In this document: one piece after another, positions 23,601 through 36,141 of the stretch
Layout: every line of letters starts with the position of its first letter
How positions within the stretch are numbered: position 1 is the stretch's first letter
Origin: Albugo candida
Taxonomy: Eukaryota
Assembly: GCA_040437565.1 (NCBI GenBank)
Contig: JBDOQK010000003.1
Location: forward strand, 558,001 to 622,000
DNA length: 64,000 nucleotides
Direction: 5' to 3'
Notes under the pieces: model-generated
The model's database searches: none
Told to the model about the DNA's origin: nothing
Seen by the model: only the letters and a program-made list of their open reading frames with translations
Position numbers and translations under genes: made by a program

Positions 23601-26600
23601 CCAAGTTGCCCAATTCACATCTCGCATGGAGGTGGCTGACGTCACATGCTGTCCTGAAGATGCTTTGGAGTATAACAATTCATAAGCACCACAACTACTC
23701 TGCAAGTGTTGAGAATCCTCGGAAAAATCAAAGTGAGTAATGTAACTCTGATGCTTTGCAAATACACCCGCCCGTGTAAGTTTAATGATGGAATCCTTCG
23801 TTACAGAGACTTTGAACAGATAGATATTATGATCATGAGAGCCGAGTGCCAGAATTTGACCGTTTGGAGAAAATTTGATCTCGCTTATGGATTGTTTTGA
23901 CAGCTTCTCGAACCCAATGCGCTTATTTAGGTCGTTGTAAGACAAAATAGTCACAGCACCGATACAATCTTGCGAGCATGACGTAAAGCTTCTACCGTCA
24001 TGAGATTTTCGTGACTGCGCTGAAGAAGCGATATTTCTTCCACCAAAGCCAACAGCAACAATATCGATCTGTTTTGATTGACAGTAGTCCGTCAGTGTTG
24101 TAATTGCGCAAGCTCGTGCCATTGCTCCAAGCCTAGTTGATCTTATCTGGCAGCTCGTTTGTGAGCCTTTAAGGCCGGTATTCAAGGACCATACACGCAG
24201 CGTTTGATCATCCCCAGCAGTGACATATTCGAGACGATTTGGGTGCATTGCAAGTCCCCATACTTCTTGACGTGAATGCCCTCGAGTAACAATCCTGGAT
24301 ATCTTGGTCCGATCTGAGCTGATATTTAGCTCCAATAAATCGCTTCCACCAGTTCCAACCAAGAGCTGAGTTGTCTTGATGCTACCTGATCCCATCGCAC
24401 GGGTACATAAACTGCGCACGGAAACATCATAAAAAGTTTGATTTGACTCTGAAGACTTTGCTAACAATATGTTTAGATCTATTGTCTGCAAAAGCGTCAT
24501 CTTTGCATCTCGACGGTGAATTGTTCCGTCTTTGCTACCACTAAATAAGCTCTCATTATTCACGTACAGAGCGTAGACATTGGACGAATGAGCTGGAATG
24601 ATATCATTTACTTCATGTGATCCTGAGATGAATTGGTACAGGCAGCCATCAGATCCACCAATTATGACCGCTTTATCGAAGACTGCAGCGCACTCAAATG
24701 AATCAGCCGGTACTCTCTTTACTTCCTTGTGATGACTCTTCTTCGTGTTCCCCGGAGATCTTTGAAAAATAGCTTTTTTCGAGGTAAGATTCTTCCCTTG
24801 TTCTTTCCAAAATCGGATATGTTTGACTCCACAGGTAATCCACTCCTCTGAATTCGCATTATAGGCAATGGAAAACACCTGATTTCGGTCGCCCCGAGCC
24901 GATGAGACCAATTGTCGATTGACGTAATTGTATATCGCGATGGAATGATCATCATCCATTCCCACAGATCCGAGCTTGTGTTTGTCTGAACAGAAGCAGA
25001 TTGCATTCACAGCGCGCTGGTGGAAGCCTTCAAGACATAATGGAGGCGTCTTCTCTAGTAGTGAAGACCAGACAAAAATTGAGGGCTTTTTTCCCATTTG
25101 TGAAGTTGCAAACAAAACTCCATCGGCATGACTGCATAGTGCGATAATATCATCGTTATGAGATTTCATAAATCGTTGTGTTTGCTGTGATGCATCGTAG
25201 ATGACTCCCACGGCCGCAGCATGGTAGACAATATTCCCGCTTTTATCGTAGCGAGCATTATTCCTTGCCTGTTGAGCTTGATAACCATGGATGTGAGAAA
25301 GCTCCAGTTCTACATTGGGGCTTATCGGATCCTGAGAACTTGATTTGGATGGAGGGACTATGGCGCCCATCCATGGTTTTATGGCCATGAATTCATCTCC
25401 CACGTCTTCAACACCAATGTCATCCAGTTCATTGCTCAGATACGGATATGAATCGACCAAACTGCTGGTTGGAGATTCGTTGTCTGTTTTTGATCGGGCA
25501 GGTTTATACTCATTCAAACACAGCCGTTTGGAAAGAGCCATGTCGACGGATTCGTGCTTCCAAACAAAAATCGAGCAATCTCTCCCACCAGTACTCAACA
25601 AGAGGTGGTCAGAGGTACTCCACTTGACGTTGGTCACATGAGACGAATGGCCTCGGAGCTGTACAAAGGATGAATGCTCGATAGCGCAGGGGTAGCGGAA
25701 AATCTTCACAAACCCATAATCGTCTGCCGTAGCGATCATCGTCAGACCATTTGACCGATCGACGGCATTGATATCAGACCCATCACTATAAAGAGGCCAT
25801 ATACCTTGCACACCCCAAAATCCAAGGGGGCATGTGAGCGTATGCCATTTCTCATCCCGAAATTGTGAAGCATTTCCTATTTGCTTACCCGTGGAGCATT
25901 TCATAAACAGCATCTCGTAGCCGGAGCTCAAACTTGCAATGTAATCTCCATCAGAAGAAAAATCAGCGTGTAAGACACTGCTCGTATGCCTTCGAAATGC
26001 GAATATTTCTCGAAAAGAATTAAGTGCATCATACAAATGTATGCTTCCGTCTTGGCTTGCGACAATCAGAATCCGGTCGTTTGGTGAGAATTTGATATCT
26101 GTAATGGATCGCTTCACACCGCTCTTTGTCAATGCGCGGAATATTGAGAGATTACTGGCATTGAAAACTACAATCGCCATATTGGATCTCGTTGCTGTGT
26201 CTGATCGAGAGCTTTCTCCTCTTCTTGTTTGGAAAGAATTTGAGCTCGTGTAGGTATCGTACGATCCCAAAGCAATGAATCTTCCATCGTGGGAATATGT
26301 ACATGCACGAGAAAATCTGTCTAAACAAACTGAGCGGAGTTGCGTGCCTTTTTGAAGATCCCAAATGCGAAGTGTGTAATCATCCCCAGTTGTACAGCAT
26401 TGGTCTGGATTCGTTGGGTTGACTGCCAAACCCCATAATTCTCCTTGGAAATGAGCCTTGAGGATGGCATCAGGTGATAGATTTCGCCCCGTACTAGCAT
26501 TCAGTTCATAAATCTCGGCTGCATGCGTACCGACCAACAATTTTTTATGATCGTGTGATAAGGATATCGAGCGGATTGCTTTGTACTTTGGATATCTTTG

Positions 26601-29093
26601 GAGTACCTCTACATCGTGTAAAAGTACTTGATCGAGCATGAATGGACCCGATACAAGCTGCAAAGTTTCACTCCAGACGCAAATGCTCCCATCACTAGAT
26701 CCAGATACTATTACTTTCTTCTCATCCTTCCGCGAGTGTTGTGCACAAGTTGCGTACAGGCTATTCACAGCAGCATAGTTCTTCTTCACTGTTCCATTCC
26801 TCGAAGCCAACACGACATGTACAAGCTCGTGATCTCGGAAATGATACAAATGCCCGTCAGCTGTGCCGATAACAGCTGAGCTCTTGTCAATATACTGAGC
26901 GACAAGGAACGGCTGTAAATTCCCTTTTTTCTTGAATATAGCCTTTTTGCATGTGTACTTGTTCGTATCACTTCCTTTGATGCCCCAAAACTCTATATAC
27001 TTGTCACCGCATGATATCCATTCACGTCCGTCCGTTGATGGTGCGATATGACACACGAGAGCTTTATTCCCCTTCGAGCAGAACGCCAGCGTTGCAGTTT
27101 TCCATTGATCTTGTGACTCATATATTCCAATCTTGTGATCGGTATCGGCACCGATTGATATCAGTCGATCAATTTTCGTTCTCGCGTTATTGAGTGTACT
27201 ATTTGGACTGACGAAAGCTAATTGAAGCACTCCCTTTTCGTGATATCCTTTGAGGATGCAAATCGACTGCATCGTTATTGCGTCCCATATGATTATATTC
27301 GGAAGCTTTCCAATTTCACCACTTGCAACCAAAGGACTAACGGGATGGACGCAATAAGAAATTATATCGTCTGTATGAGCTACATGATGGCGTTGCTTGT
27401 TGCTTGATATATCGAGAACTATGGAAGTTGCTGCAGCGGGAAATGTGATCTCATTCAAGCTACTCGGGATATATCTGACATTATTTCTCAAACTCGCATT
27501 GTATCCAAAGACATATTCGAGCTGTAGCGAGATACTGGGAGCAGATGCGTCTAATTTCGGTAATTTTGTTGGTGTCACTACAGCTCCTTNNNNNNNNNNN
27601 NNNNNNNNNNNNNNNNNNNNNNNNNNNNNNNNNNNNNNNNNNNNNNNNNNNNNNNNNNNNNNNNNNNNNNNNNNNNNNNNNNNNNNNNNGGTATCGGCAC
27701 CGATTGATATCAGTCGATCAATTTTCGTTCTCGCGTTATTGAGTGTACTATTTGGACTGACGAAAGCTAATTGAAGCACTCCCTTTTCGTGATATCCTTT
27801 GAGGATGCAAATCGACTGCATCGTTATTGCGTCCCATATGATTATATTCGGAAGCTTTCCAATTTCACCACTTGCAACCAAAGGACTAACGGGATGGACG
27901 CAATAAGAAATTATATCGTCTGTATGAGCTACATGATGGCGTTGCTTGTTGCTTGATATATCGAGAACTATGGAAGTTGCTGCAGCGGGAAATGTGATCT
28001 CATTCAAGCTACTCGGGATATATCTGACATTATTTCTCAAACTCGCATTGTATCCAAAGACATATTCGAGCTGTAGCGAGATACTGGGAGCAGATGCGTC
28101 TAATTTCGGTAATTTTGTTGGTGTCACTACAGCTCCTTTCCAGGGTTTAACTGCCATGAACTCATCTCCGGAATCATTCGATGGATCAATCGAGTCGTTC
28201 TGATACACGGAGTTTTTACGGCGTTCTTCAGCCTCTCGTAATATATCTTCAAGCTGCTGGCATTCAGAGCTGATACCTGATATGTCGTTCTCTTCCTGAA
28301 AATCATGACTTTTGATATCCTCTGGCATATGCTGGGCAGTTCCACGATCCATGACATAAAAAATCGCTCGAAGTTTTGGTGTTTGGAGGCAAAGTTGCTC
28401 AAATTCTGATCGAGATATCGTACAATCAGGATGCTTATGCTTGGTCAACTTCATGAAAAGCGCCTGAGCAAAATCACATACTTCTTCTTCGTCCAGCCTG
28501 CACGAGAAGGTCTCGAATGAGATACTTTTGCTAGCAGAATATTTCTTTTTGGTGGGATCCGTAAGCATCAATATTTTCGAAAGTCCGTACAGCGTGGATT
28601 TGAATGAGATGATAAACTCATCCATTTCTAGTGTTCCATCCTCCGACATGTCCCACGAGTCAAACAAAAGACTGACTTTTTCTTTTACGGATATGCCTGC
28701 TAGCATAATGATGGCGGACAAAAACTCCATTGCGTCAATACTTTTGTGGGTCGAGTCTTCATCCCGGTATATTCGCCTGCTTTCTTCGTTAAATTTCTGA
28801 CATTGCTCGAACCGATCATCTTCAATGGAGAGTATCTTTGTGAATAATGAAAACAAATCTTCTGTATTGTCACTTAAATCTTTTGTAATCGCGTTTTGAT
28901 GGATAAGAGTCCGGGCCTGACTGCACAAAAGGCATAATTCGGATTTTGTCAACGCAAATGACGATGCGTTTTGGTAGAAACTCCACCAGTATGCTTTGAT
29001 TTCATCCAGATGAAGATGATCGAATGGTCGAATTGCTTCTTCCAAAACAACGCAAGAAGGATCACTGATCGCTGATTCTATCAGATTCCCCAT
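20695..29093 (-). CDS. EF-hand plus EML5/EML6-like protein with three tandem HELP-WD40 (TAPE) modules; intron 20821..20887; two internal gap duplications
   Basis: Three modules, each starting GDEF[ML]A[VI]KPW.GA and ending W..WTC.LGW.VQGIWP...DG.D[IV]NAV...GHSSH[VI]. N-terminal MGNLIES and EF-hand DMSEDGTLEMDEF. The last exon ends GGNDRSCFQWNII*. Confidence 0.9.
22991..23390. repeat. Gap-flanking direct duplication 22991..23140 / 23241..23390
   Basis: 150-bp copies around an N100 gap. Confidence 0.9.
27141..28138. repeat. Gap-flanking direct duplication 27141..27589 / 27690..28138
   Basis: 449-bp copies around an N100 gap. Confidence 0.9.
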
Positions 29094-29362
29094 TTATACA
29101 TAAATATTGGAATACAGCACGACNNNNNNNNNNNNNNNNNNNNNNNNNNNNNNNNNNNNNNNNNNNNNNNNNNNNNNNNNNNNNNNNNNNNNNNNNNNNN
29201 NNNNNNNNNNNNNNNNNNNNNNNACCAGTATGCTTTGATTTCATCCAGATGAAGATGATCGAATGGTCGAATTGCTTCTTCCAAAACAACGCAAGAAGGA
29301 TCACTGATCGCTGATTCTATCAGATTCCCCATTTATACATAAATATTGGAATACAGCACGAC
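28985..29362. repeat. Gap-flanking direct duplication 28985..29123 / 29224..29362
   Basis: 139-bp copies around an N100 gap. Confidence 0.9.
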
Positions 29363-30021
29363 ATGAAAGGTCGTGACTCTAGCTGTCGCAATCAGTCCAC
29401 ACAAAATGCACTCTTACCTCCTTGCCCGTGATCACCTCAGAGTCTCGAATGTACTCCACAGCTTTAGTAAGCCTTCACTGTTTCTAAGATTGGTTCAGAT
29501 ACAATAACTACAGGCACTAGGCTCGCGCATGGCACTTCCCGTGGAGAGTAAGTAGATGCGCAAATGGGGAACAAAATCAAAAGAATTATGGTAGATTTGA
29601 ATAGGCAAACAAGTGTGTCTGTATGTCGATAATCCTTCAGCTTTTTGCATCCTTTTCGAGCTTATCATGTGACACTAAGATTTAAGTGGCAATCCTCCGA
29701 AAAGTAAGTCACTGTATATAGCGATATAGTAAGTGGGATCAGCACGATTGCGATCTAAAAAACATAATGATTGATGCGAGTGGAAAATTGTACTGAGAAG
29801 CTCATATTTGGCTATCTTATAATGCCTGCTACTGACATAATAAATTAAAGAATAGCGTCCCACCATTACTTTTTATCATTTGTGGTTTGAGCCTTCTTTC
29901 TACAGTCTACTTCTCGTCACAGCCTAATGGTGCGTATGACACAATGTCATCAGTATTATTTAAGCTACACAGTGAATTAATTGTTCAAGGTTTAGAGTAG
30001 GGCTCCAAAATTCTTCCCACG

Positions 30022-30037
30022 ACTCATTCACATTTGT
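30022..30037 (+). promoter_or_regulatory. Oomycete INR+FPR core promoter of eIF1
   Basis: ACTCATTCACATTTGT resembles the TCATTY...CAWTTT element and starts about 30 nt upstream of the ATG. Confidence 0.6.
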
Positions 30038-30051
30038 AACGAACTCTAGCG

Positions 30052-30439
30052 ATGGCTGTGAACGATATACAGAATTTGGTGTCTTATGGTACGATTATAT
30101 TTCATCAATGCTCATTTACATATCTATATCGTTCATGTAGACGCATTTGCTGACGCAGAAGATGTCTCCACCAGTAGTGGTGACAAAGTTCATGTGCGGG
30201 TACAGCAACGTAACGGACGGAAATGTCTGACAACTGTTCAAGGATTAGCTAGTGATTTGGATCTCCGTCGGATTCTGAAGGCATTTAAGCAGAACTTTAG
30301 CTGCAATGGTGCGATAAGAAAGCATAAAAAGATGGGATTTATCATTCAGCTTTCTGGTGATCAACGGCTCAATATCAAAAGATTTGTGGTCGAAGAAGAA
30401 ATTTGTGTTCCGTCGCAGATTGTAATGCATGGTTTTTAA
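30052..30439 (+). CDS. eIF1: Translation initiation factor eIF1 (SUI1), divergent; exons 30052..30088 and 30141..30439
   Basis: MAVNDIQNLVSY-DAFADA...KVHVRVQQRNGRKCLTTVQGL...FSCNG...IIQLSGDQR...HGF. 52-nt GT-AG intron in phase 1. Confidence 0.93.
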
Positions 30440-31324
30440 GGAAAATCTTCAAGCTTGAAATTCTTCGGATCGCTTTTGGGATTTTTTTATTGAATACAGC
30501 AAAAAAAATCAGTTTTCTTTAGTAATCATCATTCACGCGTTAGCAACATGAACCTAAGGAAGGAGCCAAAGCAAACAAGGAGGAGCTACCCATTTGTGTA
30601 TGCTTTCCTTCTATGTGCGGTTCTAACCATCTTATAGATCATCCTCCCGCTTCGTCAAAAATNNNNNNNNNNNNNNNNNNNNNNNNNNNNNNNNNNNNNN
30701 NNNNNNNNNNNNNNNNNNNNNNNNNNNNNNNNNNNNNNNNNNNNNNNNNNNNNNNNNNNNNNTTCATCAATGCTCATTTACATATCTATATCGTTCATGT
30801 AGACGCATTTGCTGACGCAGAAGATGTCTCCACCAGTAGTGGTGACAAAGTTCATGTGCGGGTACAGCAACGTAACGGACGGAAATGTCTGACAACTGTT
30901 CAAGGATTAGCTAGTGATTTGGATCTCCGTCGGATTCTGAAGGCATTTAAGCAGAACTTTAGCTGCAATGGTGCGATAAGAAAGCATAAAAAGATGGGAT
31001 TTATCATTCAGCTTTCTGGTGATCAACGGCTCAATATCAAAAGATTTGTGGTCGAAGAAGAAATTTGTGTTCCGTCGCAGATTGTAATGCATGGTTTTTA
31101 AGGAAAATCTTCAAGCTTGAAATTCTTCGGATCGCTTTTGGGATTTTTTTATTGAATACAGCAAAAAAAATCAGTTTTCTTTAGTAATCATCATTCACGC
31201 GTTAGCAACATGAACCTAAGGAAGGAGCCAAAGCAAACAAGGAGGAGCTACCCATTTGTGTATGCTTTCCTTCTATGTGCGGTTCTAACCATCTTATAGA
31301 TCATCCTCCCGCTTCGTCAAAAAT
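30101..31324. repeat. Gap-flanking direct duplication 30101..30662 / 30763..31324 (creates a false second eIF1 exon 2)
   Basis: 562-bp copies around an N100 gap. Confidence 0.9.
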
Positions 31325-31905
31325 TTATTTTTGAATGCCGGAAATGTCGCTAAAACAAATGGAAATCGAATGGTTTCGACAATTTCATTCAGAAGGAATG
31401 CGAAGGCAATGTTACCATGACTTGGATTCAAGTTCTCGATGTCGACATACCTATCTAATCCAATGGTTTGAATGAGCTGAATCGCGTCTGTGCCCGCTAG
31501 CCATCCATTCTCAATAGCAAAATAAATACCTGCCCCAGAGATAGCATACCAACCCGTCCAGTACGCTACAAACGGCAAACCGTATTCCTTAATCAGTGTG
31601 AAGAACTTGCCCGGCTTCGCCTTTGACTTTTTCTTTAATTCTTCGACCTCTTTCCTTAACGCTACGTTTTCAGTGATGAGCTCTTTAATCGTTTTATGTT
31701 CGTTTTTCTGATCCGAATTTGTGGTCGAGAAGCTCGCGAAGGAAGAAGTCATCACTGCATGGTGTGTTTTCTTCGCGCATGTCCGGTAAGAAAGGGAGGG
31801 GAAATCCCGACGCGGGAAATTCTTCGCACCACGAGTGCTGAGAAGAAAGTCTAACGTTTGTCCTGCTCGAACACAAGTTCTTGGCAGCGCGAAATTGCAC
31901 AGCAT
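31294..31905 (-). CDS. FAM210/DUF1279-like mitochondrial membrane protein
   Basis: R/S/T-rich presequence-like N-terminus and a short coiled coil. LIKEYGLPFVAYWTG...GNIAFAFLLNEIVETIRFPFVLA. Confidence 0.75.
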   Translation of the reverse strand: MLCNFALPRTCVRAGQTLDFLLSTRGAKNFPRRDFPSLSYRTCAKKTHHAVMTSSFASFSTTNSDQKNEHKTIKELITENVALRKEVEELKKKSKAKPGKFFTLIKEYGLPFVAYWTGWYAISGAGIYFAIENGWLAGTDAIQLIQTIGLDRYVDIENLNPSHGNIAFAFLLNEIVETIRFPFVLATFPAFKNKFLTKREDDL

Positions 31906-34900
31906 TTAGCTCGGGTCCAGAATTGGTGTCGTAACATTAAACTTCACTCGAGATCCTAGCGCAGCGTACTGCTGTTTAAGCGCACTTAATGATGTTCGTT
32001 ACACATCTCCGTGTGTGAGTCAAAATCAGCAAGGCTTGTCCAAATATCCAAGTCTAGACATCAGGGCTGGATTGATGGATCATCAGACATTATTAGAAGC
32101 ACTGTGGAGGTCTCCATTACTACTCTCTCCTTGATGGTTTCGATTGTTCCTTCTGGTCTTACCGCACGTGAAAGAGGGATTACGGATTTGAAAAGAATGA
32201 TGTAGTGCCAACAGCGCATTCTCGAGTCTGAAGCAGGATATGGACACCATGTGCTATTGGTAAGAGGTTCTACCTACGGATTATTACTTTGATGCGTCTA
32301 AGCAATTTGGAAATCGATGTGGTACAAAAGCGAAGGATTCGTCGATGAAGTTCGCAATATACGTGGTGCATAGATACGCATGGTATCAAGTCAAAGGTTG
32401 CAATCACCTAAAATTTGCTGTCGATTTGTTTGCTTCGAATATTGATTACTAACTGGGTATTCTGAATTTATCCATTTATTTGAAAGCCAGAATGTTTCAA
32501 GATGAGTTTTCTAGCTAGCGTCGTTTGTATCATTACAGAAAGATGACTTTGATGGGTACCGATCCTCGTTCATACGCTTGTACGTAGCTACAACACCAGA
32601 TTCGATTCACTCTGACAGGCTTCATATTGGAATTTGGGCTCATATGAACCTTTCTTCGAGATGTGTAAACACCATGAGCTCCAACCTATATACATTGAGA
32701 CTTCTGCTCAACTTTTTCTGACCGTAGACAGCAACTCTGATTGGGCTATAATGCCAATAGGCCAAGTAAGAGTCGATACCTAAGACTTCGGCAGTCGTGT
32801 ATTCAATGGTGGCCTGTTATTCATTGCGAACTTTACTGTCAGAGGCAGTATAGTGGTTTTACCTCCAGTCTTGCTGAACCAGTGCTCAACCTTTTAGAAT
32901 GTTATATACAACAAGATCTGCACTTTGTTACTTAAGTGCAAGCTTTGAAGTGAAATTTGAAATTTTCACGAGCGCTTTCCTCCTCCTCAAGCAGTACATT
33001 GACATGGTGGAAGATATATTTCATTGCCAATGCAACGAGAACGTGATTCCTTGACTCATGGATTATTCGCTACAAGCCAAGAAAGCGGCCGCATGAAGTA
33101 AAGCACCGACACCCCCACGCTTCTTTAGGGTTGTTAAAATCTGCCTACTTTGGGTGCTGTCAGGCTTGCTTGTATTTGTCTCATTACTAGGTACTGAGCC
33201 GTGATATAAAGAACGATTGAGAAGGATAATGTCCCGAAAATTTTTGGGAGACAAGCTTCACTTACGTCGCATGAAGTGTCAATCTCTAAAATGAAATGGG
33301 TCAAGCAATAAGGCGTGTTACACAGTTAACGAGTATTTACGACAAGATGATGGCACGAAACGAATATTAGACCAAACCGATAGCGCTCCGATGGCAAAGT
33401 GATTGCCACACAGTGCTTGGAAGCAAGATCACTCATTCTTTCCCGAAGCATTCAATAAAACGAACAAAAGCAGCGATTATTTGGAGTAATGATGAAGCCA
33501 ATGTACGTGTACAGATATATGAAACGGTGTGGTATCCATATCAAGAAGCTCAGAAACTGTTTGTTATATGTGCGTGATGCAGGACACCGCTAAAAGCGTA
33601 TCGAGCCGACGAAAGGTTTACATTCCATGAAGCACAAATTTATCGGCTTAAGCATAAGAAAGATGTGGATCTTTCTCTTCAGTTTCAAGTGAGATCTTCG
33701 ATTTGTATGTTTATTTAAGCACTGCTGACTCACATGGTACACTCTGTCACGTAGCCGGGAACGATAATCGAATCATATCAAGTTTAGCAGCTCGCTACAG
33801 CGGACCCATCCAAATTCTTCTGGGATTTGACAGAGTTAGTCTCTATTGGCCTATCTTTTCAAATGGATGGATACTTGATAGCTACGAGGTACATAATATC
33901 AACTGCAAATATGCGGAATGCTACGTATGACTTCCAGTCGGTGAATGATCTTCAACTTCTTTTGTGTCATATCGTTACATCTGCAAAAATTTTTGAAAGT
34001 GCAATACTCCACAAGTACACTTTTCATTGAGTGCGGGGCGATATTTCCTTTGAGGTCAGTAGCACATTGCGCAATCAATTTTTGAGATTTTTTGGAAAAG
34101 ATTGTGGAATTGGCTCCAGGGATAATGATGTGGAGCACTATCAAAGTCATGGAATTACTCTTTGCAAGTGGTGTACTGCTTTTCTTGTGGAAGCGGGGAT
34201 GTTAGGTTAATTTTGTTGGAACGAGTGCAAAAGCACCTAAATGTGGACTTAATGGATAGAAAGGAAGCCTCCTTTGATACTAGGATATACTTTATTCCAG
34301 CTTTGTACGTGGATTCTACTCGGCATGACCGAGGAAATATCTCAATCGAACCAATACACCAAGCGTTGCAAAATTTTCAGCGAGCTCAGGCATCTTTCAG
34401 CGCTATAAGTGGCTTGAGGAGTAAGGAAGTAGCGAGAGAGGTGGCTCATGTTCTGGTTTTAGCACTCGAGGGTTAGAGGCTTTCCGAGTGGTTGAGGAAT
34501 GACAATGCAAGAGTCTATTCGCTGCTGTCTCTTGCCATTTCTATGCACGGACTTGTTCTGCAGCTTGATCAAGGCAGTATATTTAGAGCAATGTTTGCGT
34601 TTTAGGGCCGGCATCAGGATTAAAGATTCCTGTGATTGTTTTGCCGATAGGCACTGTCTATTTACAATATACAACAATTACGCATTCGCACTATGAAAAT
34701 ATTCAATGTCGAAGTAAGAGGAATATCATACAGGTTCAACTTTATACACTTTTCTATTCACACCGATGATATCTGAGATGGGTTGGTGGTTTACACACGT
34801 CTGGAAGAATAGTTTGACTGTCACAAGAATTTAGACTAGTCGCAAAAAGACAGGATTGACGCATATTTGAGTTTTGGCATTTCCTTTTGTTACCGACAAA

Positions 34901-35147
34901 GCTGGGGATGGTAGGTTAGCGGTCATCTGGAAGAGACAGATAAATTGTGAGCAGTAACGCACAAACTCACCTATAATCCTACTCGATCTCGCTACCTTTT
35001 ACTCGTTCTTTACGTTCAGCTCCACATCACACCGTTTACAATGCAGCACGGCAGCTCAGCCGAGTAAAAACCAACTTTAAGTGAGGCACACTGAGATTGG
35101 CTGATTCGCTTAAAACATATACGTGATATATGCTCTCACCTTCGCCA

Positions 35148-36141
35148 AGAGCAACTGCAATTTGGTAGATCTACAAAACAATGTTAGACTCTGATGAATA
35201 TACACAGAAATTGGCAAGTGAGGAACAATTTGACGGGGGTCATTTCCTACAGGAAAAAGCTCTACTGGATCTACCGAGTATTCTGTTCATATGCAAAAGC
35301 TGCGCATGAATTTCCTTGCCTCGATCATCACCGGAACAGGAATACTTACTAGTGCTCCAAGCACGGATAAGTTTAGGTACTTCGATGCAATCTTAAAGTA
35401 AATTAAAATGATCGATCATTTTTGATCCTGGCAGCTACAACGTATCACGCACAACCAAAGAGATTTATCCGAGATACAATAAAGCAAGATTTGTTTGCGG
35501 AAGTTTATACAAAATCATACGTTTCGCACTACCACGTCGCAAAAACCTGTCCTTCGAGAATTACACAATTTTTCGGGATGCTCTATGTAATTATNNNNNN
35601 NNNNNNNNNNNNNNNNNNNNNNNNNNNNNNNNNNNNNNNNNNNNNNNNNNNNNNNNNNNNNNNNNNNNNNNNNNNNNNNNNNNNNNNNNNNNNNAGAGCA
35701 ACTGCAATTTGGTAGATCTACAAAACAATGTTAGACTCTGATGAATATACACAGAAATTGGCAAGTGAGGAACAATTTGACGGGGGTCATTTCCTACAGG
35801 AAAAAGCTCTACTGGATCTACCGAGTATTCTGTTCATATGCAAAAGCTGCGCATGAATTTCCTTGCCTCGATCATCACCGGAACAGGAATACTTACTAGT
35901 GCTCCAAGCACGGATAAGTTTAGGTACTTCGATGCAATCTTAAAGTAAATTAAAATGATCGATCATTTTTGATCCTGGCAGCTACAACGTATCACGCACA
36001 ACCAAAGAGATTTATCCGAGATACAATAAAGCAAGATTTGTTTGCGGAAGTTTATACAAAATCATACGTTTCGCACTACCACGTCGCAAAAACCTGTCCT
36101 TCGAGAATTACACAATTTTTCGGGATGCTCTATGTAATTAT
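35148..36141. repeat. Gap-flanking direct duplication 35148..35594 / 35695..36141
   Basis: 447-bp copies around an N100 gap. Confidence 0.9.

Noticed and set aside
30763-31101. Apparent tandem duplicate of eIF1
   Set aside because: Identical to 30101..30439, lacks exon 1 and starts at an N100 gap, so it is a contig overlap.
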